Source of the DNA: Hyaloraphidium curvatum SAG 235-1
Taxonomy: Eukaryota > Fungi > Monoblepharomycota
NCBI GenBank assembly: GCA_025558095.1
Contig: JAIVFI010000003.1
Coordinates: 372,001 to 436,000, forward strand
Length of the DNA stretch: 64,000 nt
Direction of reading: 5' to 3'
Shown here: positions 57,801 to 64,000 of the stretch, in pieces
How the letters are laid out: the number at the start of each line of letters is the position of its first letter
Numbering within the stretch: the stretch's first letter is position 1
Position numbers and translations under genes: made by a program
Notes under the pieces: generated by a model
The model's input: only the letters and a program-made list of their open reading frames with translations
Database searches by the model: none
What the model was told of the DNA's origin: nothing

Positions 57801-60800
57801 CCTCATCGTTCCACCTGCACTCACTCGTCGTCCTGCTGCGGCGCAAGCCGCGCTCGAACCGGTACCTCGGTCTGCAGCAGCTCGGCGACGTGTTCCAGAC
57901 GGCGATCCTTGAAGAAGCGAAGGCGCTGCACTTCCGAGAATGGGCTCCGTCCACGGTCCACCACACCATCCTGGGCCGTGCTCGTAGCGTCCGCAGACAA
58001 TTTACCTATGTCAAGCGCCTGCTGACTGTCCTCCGCGGCGGGTGGAACGTGGACTGAGGAGTAAGATCCGCGCGACAATGAACCGCCAACTTGCTCCGCG
58101 AGATCCTCGCGCGCTTCGAGAGGGAGGGCGCATGAGCCGCAAGACATATTCGAGACATCGCTACGCACCAAGAAGAGTGTAAGCATCCCCACTCCATCCC
58201 TTTGGCGGCTTGGCGCGGCAGATTCGCAAAGCCTCTCGCAGCGGCAGAGCCAAACCGTCCGGCAAGCAGTCCAGGTCCTGCGGCATCAATTTCCATTCGA
58301 CCATTGCCTCCACACATATCTGTGCACCTCCTTCCACCAAGGACTTGTACACAGCGCACAACCGCGGGGCGGCGAAACAGGTCGTTCCCGTGTGCGGCAC
58401 GAGCTGCGGATTGACGGCACCCAGGGCGATCGAGTAGTGTTTTCGAAGGTCGGTGATGGTGGGATACGAAGAAGTGATACCGCGGGTTTTGATCGCATCG
58501 TAGACCCAACGGTAGATGTCGGCAGGTGGGAGCGGGGGGTTCGAAATCACGGGCGAAACTGGCGCAACCATTTAAGGGGCGCAATAGTCAGCTCGGGCAC
58601 ATCACTCACTTTCCAGGGGCACGATCGCATCCGGAGCGAAGCCGTCCCGACGGTAGTGATCGTCGTGGTCGCGGCTCGAGGCGGCCACGGCGAGCTGGAA
58701 AAGCAGCTGCACGAGGCGTCGGATCTCTCCTTGGGTAAGGACGTCCACTTTCAAATCCTCGTAGACCAGGTGCAACGCGGAGAGCAGGGTCCCATAACTG
58801 CCGCAGAAGGTCGTGTCGGTGTAGTTCTGTACGTAAACCTCCCTCGAGAGTTCGAACAGGCGCAAAAGCCGCGGGGTGCCGTGGCCTGCAGTCTGCGTAG
58901 CCGTGGGCGCGACGAGCGCAAAGTTGCGGAAGATAGGATCGTCCCTCAACCGGCAGTGGAAATCAGTACTTAGAAGCCTGTTCCAAGAAGCGACTGGGCC
59001 GTCCCGAGGGGGCTCGTGTCCGTGCGCAGCTCCGTGGTCCGTACTCGGGCGTGGCTGCATTCCTGGGCGCTTCCGTGGCGTCAGATGGCAGAAGGAAAAG
59101 AACGCCACGAGCAGGTTGTCCCAATCAGAATTGCCTTCGGCGAACCCGGATTCGCCAGGAATCGCAGGTCCTGCACCGTAGGGCACAATCTTGGCCGCGC
59201 CACCGTACTGGAGCTTCAGGAACCGGTGCCAGAACATGGAATAGTGCCGCTCCGGGAGAGCGTGCGCGAGCGCCTCCAGCACCAGAGAGACCAGGCGTCC
59301 TTGCCGATCCGTGTAGTCCAGCGCGGCCCGAATCACGATGCCATTGGAGAGGACAAAGTTCACGCGCGAGCCCACGGGATCTGTCAGGCCGACCACGCGT
59401 GACGATCTCGCCGGAGATCGAAGGACCTTGTCATCTCCATCGGCGGCTGCATCGGCCTTGGAGGCCGACGAAGGGGCGTTTGTGCTGGCAGATTCCGCGC
59501 CGTCTCCTTCGTTCATGCCGCCGCCATCGCTGTCCGAGGTATCGCCGCTCGCATCTCTCCGACGCTTCTTGACGATCGGCCTGAGTGCTGCTTTGGACGA
59601 TTCCCGCGACGGAATGCGCTCCTGGAAATTGTACGGCACCTCGCAGGGGATGAAAACGGGCTGGACGGCTCCGCTATCCCCGCGTTCCATGTCGCCCGCC
59701 CAAAGCGAGAGAGCCCAGTCCGTCTTGAGGATGAGAAGATCGCGTCGAGCCGTCCGCGTTGCGTAGACCGGCGCCACGGAACACGCGTCCAAAGAGAAGA
59801 GATGGTTCACCCTAACCTGGCGAGGCTGCTCAGACGGACCTGCCCCTGCCGTCTTGCTGACGAGTAAAGAAAGCATGCTTCGCCTTTCCAAATTGAAGAG
59901 CGTGAGAACTTCCTCTCCAGAGCTCGTGTGCGTGACGCAGGCAGAGGACGATGTCGGAGTTGCGCTGCCACGGTTCATGAGCGACGGTCAATCGATGCAA
60001 CTCGCCAGCACCTACCTCGATGCATTTTGCTCCCAAAGCTTGATCAGAGAAACAACAGGAGCGGTTTGCCAAGTCGTCACGGCTTTGTGGTATTCTTCGT
60101 CGTCGCCATCCACCACACCAGCAGGTTCCACGGAGGAACGCCGCACTGAGGCTTCGACGACCCCAAACTCCCGCGACAAATCCGGCGTTTCGGCGTGGAG
60201 CGACAGCAAGGAGGGCCTTTTGGGAGCATGAGCCAGTTGCACCTTCTTTGCCTTGCTCTGGCGCCTAGCGGAACCGGAAGCTTTCGAAGACGAAGCACCG
60301 CCGAGGGATGGGGAAGTGGCTTGCGGGACACCGTCGACGAGGCTATCGGAAGCGCTCGCCATGCTTGGTCTTCGAAGCGGCGGGAACAGGCTGTTTCGCT
60401 CCGAATCGCCCAGCACGCGGTGCACGTAGGTCCAGACACTGTGCTTTCCGGAGACTGCATTGTGGGACACGATGAGGCATGTCGGATCGGGCGCAGCGCC
60501 GCTCGCAGAAACAAAGACGACATGCTCGTCAAAGTCGTCGAAGGGTACACCCGTCGCTGCCCGGCTTCCACTGGCATCGCTGACCACAATAGAAGGCACC
60601 TCTGAGAGAACCGAGACCGTACGCGGCTCCTCAAGGGGATGCATCAGCGTGAAGAGACTTCCGGGGACGGAGTCCAAGGGGCCGGGCTCCGTGTTGGCTT
60701 CCAGATCAGGTCCACGTTCATCGCTCTTTGCCTTCTGAAGCAGCAGACCGCCCGAAGGACCGTCGAGCGCGAACGCCCTCTGCACGACGAAGGACATGTT

Positions 60801-61427
60801 TGCCGTGAAGCTACGGCCGTCGTCGAACTGGAATACGGCAAAGTCGCGGAAGAGAACACACAGTGCCCTGTCCAAGCACGACCTTTCCGCCGGAAATCGG
60901 GAAGGACCGTTTCCGACAGCTTGCTTCTCCGCGACCGGCGACGTTGATTCGCGGCTCCCGACGAAATCGTCCGAAAGCTCCATGGTTGGCGCGAACCACG
61001 CCCACAGGACCTGGCGAATGGGCTGCCGCAAGTGCTCGAAGTTGAACGTCGCGGTAATCACGGCGTGGCCGTCGACATGTTCCTTGCCGTCGCTGCCCAC
61101 GCAACCGTGGCACCCGCGCGAGCAAATGACGGTGGTCCCAACGACGTAGAGCTCCTCCTCCCCGACCACTCCACGCGCCTCGGCCCCTTGCAGACGCGTC
61201 CGCCCATCTGATGCGAAGGCCCGCACTTCCGACAGTGCATAGCAGCCCGTCAGCGACGGCACATTTTCCCGTAACGCGTCCGAGCTCCCGGGACGCCGGA
61301 CCCCGAGGTCGAGCGCGGGCAGAGATACCGGGTTCGACGGAACCTTGCCGGACAAGGTCTGCGTCTCTTTCGCGTAGGAGTACCCGAACGGTATGAACTC
61401 CGAGAGGAGCTCCACCTCCAGGGCCAT
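54853..61427 (-). CDS. APC1: Anaphase-promoting complex subunit 1 (multi-exon)
   Basis: EEELYV, LFTLMHPLEE, LHLVYEDLK, RFFKDRRLEHVAELL, WPEFHDGVATGL, HAGFLLALGLNGHL, PC repeats, SDNRAHLQAMRHLWVLAAEPR. Confidence 0.95.
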
Positions 61428-61580
61428 CGAAGGGCAAAAGTGTTCGGAGTTGCGCGGGCCGGTGTTCCAACGCGCGGCCGAGAAAAGACCTACCCCCAAT
61501 TCCCGCGTTCCACGCACGACCGGCGGCGTCGGAACGGGATCAGTCTCGCAACGAGACTGAGCGAGTCTCGGGACCGTTCC

Positions 61581-64000
61581 ATGGGAGACCGTGCGGGGGA
61601 TGGCGGAGCGCTGGGGAAGAGGGGCAAGGAACTGCGATTCGCATCGTCGTCGACGCCGAACCTGAAGAACAAGTCCAGTACAGCCAAAGCTACGGCATCC
61701 TTGTCGTCGATTCGGCAGTCTACGCCGCCCCGCGGTCAAAACGGCCAGCCGCAGCCGTCCCGGGCGGTGCAGCCGGGCCGGCGCCCGCCAGCTCAGGCTC
61801 CGGCGGACTCCGCTGCGCCTGCAGATGATGCGGACACCTTGCCTTCCGATCGGCGGAAATCCTTCCCTGCCCTTCTGCGCCATGGACTTGGGCAACGGAC
61901 GGAAGCGGGCGCGCCCGTCCCGGATACCTTCCATCAGACCCTGCCCGCGCTCGCTTCCACGATCGATGCGGCACTGGACGAATTCAAGCTGTCTACTGCG
62001 GCGCGAAAGACCTCTGGGGCTAGCGGGGCTCGTCAGCCGGAGCCGAGCCCCTTCCATAGCGACAACAGCATTTCGGAATCACGCCCATCCACCGCCGCAA
62101 GCGCGGTCGTCCCTCCGCATCCGCATTGGGAAAACGGGGAAGCGAACGATGACACGGAGACGGAGCCGCTCGTGGAGCAGCTGGTGGTAGGACCGCTGAA
62201 GAAATCGAGCGATCTCGCACATGCCCTGCAATTCAACGGTGCTTTGTTCCTCGAAACTAACGTGAGACATTGGGTGGAGAAACTGGATCGTACTCTTAGC
62301 GCCACCGCAAGCCGATCCGATGTAGGAGGTGCCCTCGCTGCCATGTTCTCCGATCTTGCGACGTGCCTGGAGAACTATTTGTTGGCGGTAGGCCCGTTCC
62401 TCTTCCTGGAGTGGATTCCTTTCTGAATGCAAAATCTTGCAGGTCTCTGCCTCGGATTCCAAGGCGGTTGCCGCCCTTGCTGGGCTCAAACAACCCACCG
62501 AGCCTCTGGTTCGGCACGTGCTGCATTTCCTTCGTCTGCATTTGCAGTTCCTGACCCGCTTACGGGACCGGCAACGGACAATAGCCGAGTTCCTTGACGA
62601 ATTTGCGCGCATGGAGGAGTGGTACCGCTGCTGGGGCCTGATACAGGGCGAGGTTCCGTCCTTGTCCGCCGGGGACGGGGCGGACAATCGCCTTGGGGAT
62701 GGCCGAGACGAGGTTGCAGAGGTTGGCATGAAGCTGGGACGCCTGGTCGAAGAGATCAGGCTTCTTCGTGTCGGTGTGCGTGGCGAGGCTCCCTTGCCAA
62801 CGGGCAAAAGGGACAATGCGCCGGCCGTTACAATGACCACAGCAACCAAGGCAGAGAAGAACACAGGCACAGAGCCGCTGTGGCTTTCAATTCGAAGAAC
62901 TGGAGTCACCGCGCAGAGACGCAACTTGGAGCTTAATGTTTCAATTCCTGATTACTGGGCTGAACCGACGGCGCCCTATGCCGTTCAACATGTCGCGCTG
63001 GCACCGCGAGAGCTCGGTATTGGCCGGGCGGACTATGTTGTTTGCGATGGCGCCGTCGCCGAGTGTTCAGCCCAAACGAACCCGTTGCCCGACCTAGCTA
63101 GCACGTCGTCGGAAACGACTCCCGTGCAAGTGATGGATGCGGGAAGCCAGTCGCACGTGCTCCGCGACCTCGGCCAGCTGGAGGAAAAGGGCGTCGGAGA
63201 CCCGGTCGCCTGTAGAACCGCGCAGACCGAGACAGAAGCAGTCCGCACAGCATCCAAGGCCCTTGACACAGAGCCTCGCATAGAGGTTGGATGGGTGGAA
63301 CGGGCTGTTTTTGAGGTACGCGCAGTATTCCGCTGTTGGTGTTCAGATCTAATCCGCGCAGGCGCAAGTTGCCAAGAACGAGATGCGGATACTGCAGCTC
63401 ACGAGGAAGTTGCAGCAAGACACTGCAGCACTCGAGACCAAGCTGCAAGAAGCGGAGGATAGGCGCGTAGCAGAGAAGGATCGGGCGAAGAAGGAACTGC
63501 TGCTGGCCGAGGCACAAAGTGGGTTGGGCCGCTCCGATGCCAGAACGCACCTGACGTGGCCGTTACAGACGAGACGCTCCAGATCCAGTTGGCTTCCATG
63601 ACATCAGCTCTTGCCGATACCAGGATACATCTGCTTCAAACGTCGGACGTGCTGGTTCAGGCCACCAACAACGGCGACCGATCTGCGGCAGAGCTGGCAA
63701 CGCTGCGGAAGCAGCTGGCGGCCACGGAGGAATGCCTGGCAGCTTGCAAGACCGAGCTGCACGCCAACGAAGCCAGAGTTCAAGAGCTGCAGGGCGACCT
63801 ACACGCATCGAAAGCACTGGTCTCGCAGCTGGAGGAGAGCAAGGTCGAGCTCCAGGCAGAGACCGCGAGGCTGGATTCGACGATGCAGTCCCATCTTGTA
63901 AGGCGGCCCCCGACACATCTCCGTCTTGCTTATCCTTTTGCTGTAGGCTGCGTTCGACCAGCAGAAGCAGCAGCTTCTCCGCCAGGTTTACGAGCTTGAG
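61581..64000 (+). CDS. Hypothetical coiled-coil protein, 5' part (continues beyond window)
   Basis: Consecutive exon ORFs 61581-62388, 62443-63285, ~63361-63520 and ~63570-63897 separated by GT..AG introns; heptad-rich C-terminal part. Confidence 0.65.

Overview
This is eukaryotic nuclear DNA, not a prokaryotic window. It is GC-rich and very gene-dense, with about 31 protein-coding genes split by short (mostly 50-70 nt) spliceosomal introns (donors GTGAGY/GTGCGT/GTGGGT, branch sites GCTRAC/CTAAT, acceptors YAG). Gene content and intron style suggest an early-diverging fungus (chytrid or Monoblepharidomycete-like; inference). Most genes are housekeeping: LIP2, a sterol-desaturase-family gene, a Sen1-like helicase, VPS53, MRS3/4, NIP7, RPL28/uL15, PHO13, PalB/calpain-7, an RNF216-like RBR ligase, a SNAPC4-like Myb protein, an ATRIP-like protein, ARG4, UBE2O, UTP23, a COX14-like protein, ATP20 and APC1. 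The standout is a multi-exon single-pass receptor-like kinase (27846-31749, minus strand). It has a signal peptide, nine Stig1-like Cys-rich repeats built by recent exon duplication, a Ser/Thr stalk, a ricin-B-like module with a furin/Kex2-type site, a GxxxG TM helix and a non-RD TKL kinase. Also notable are an orphan CapA/PgsA-family metallophosphatase 37 nt behind the helicase, several long or structured introns, and GC-AG introns. I saw no rRNA, tRNA, CRISPR array or transposase. CDS coordinates are start-to-stop spans including introns, spliced by eye; no database searches were run.
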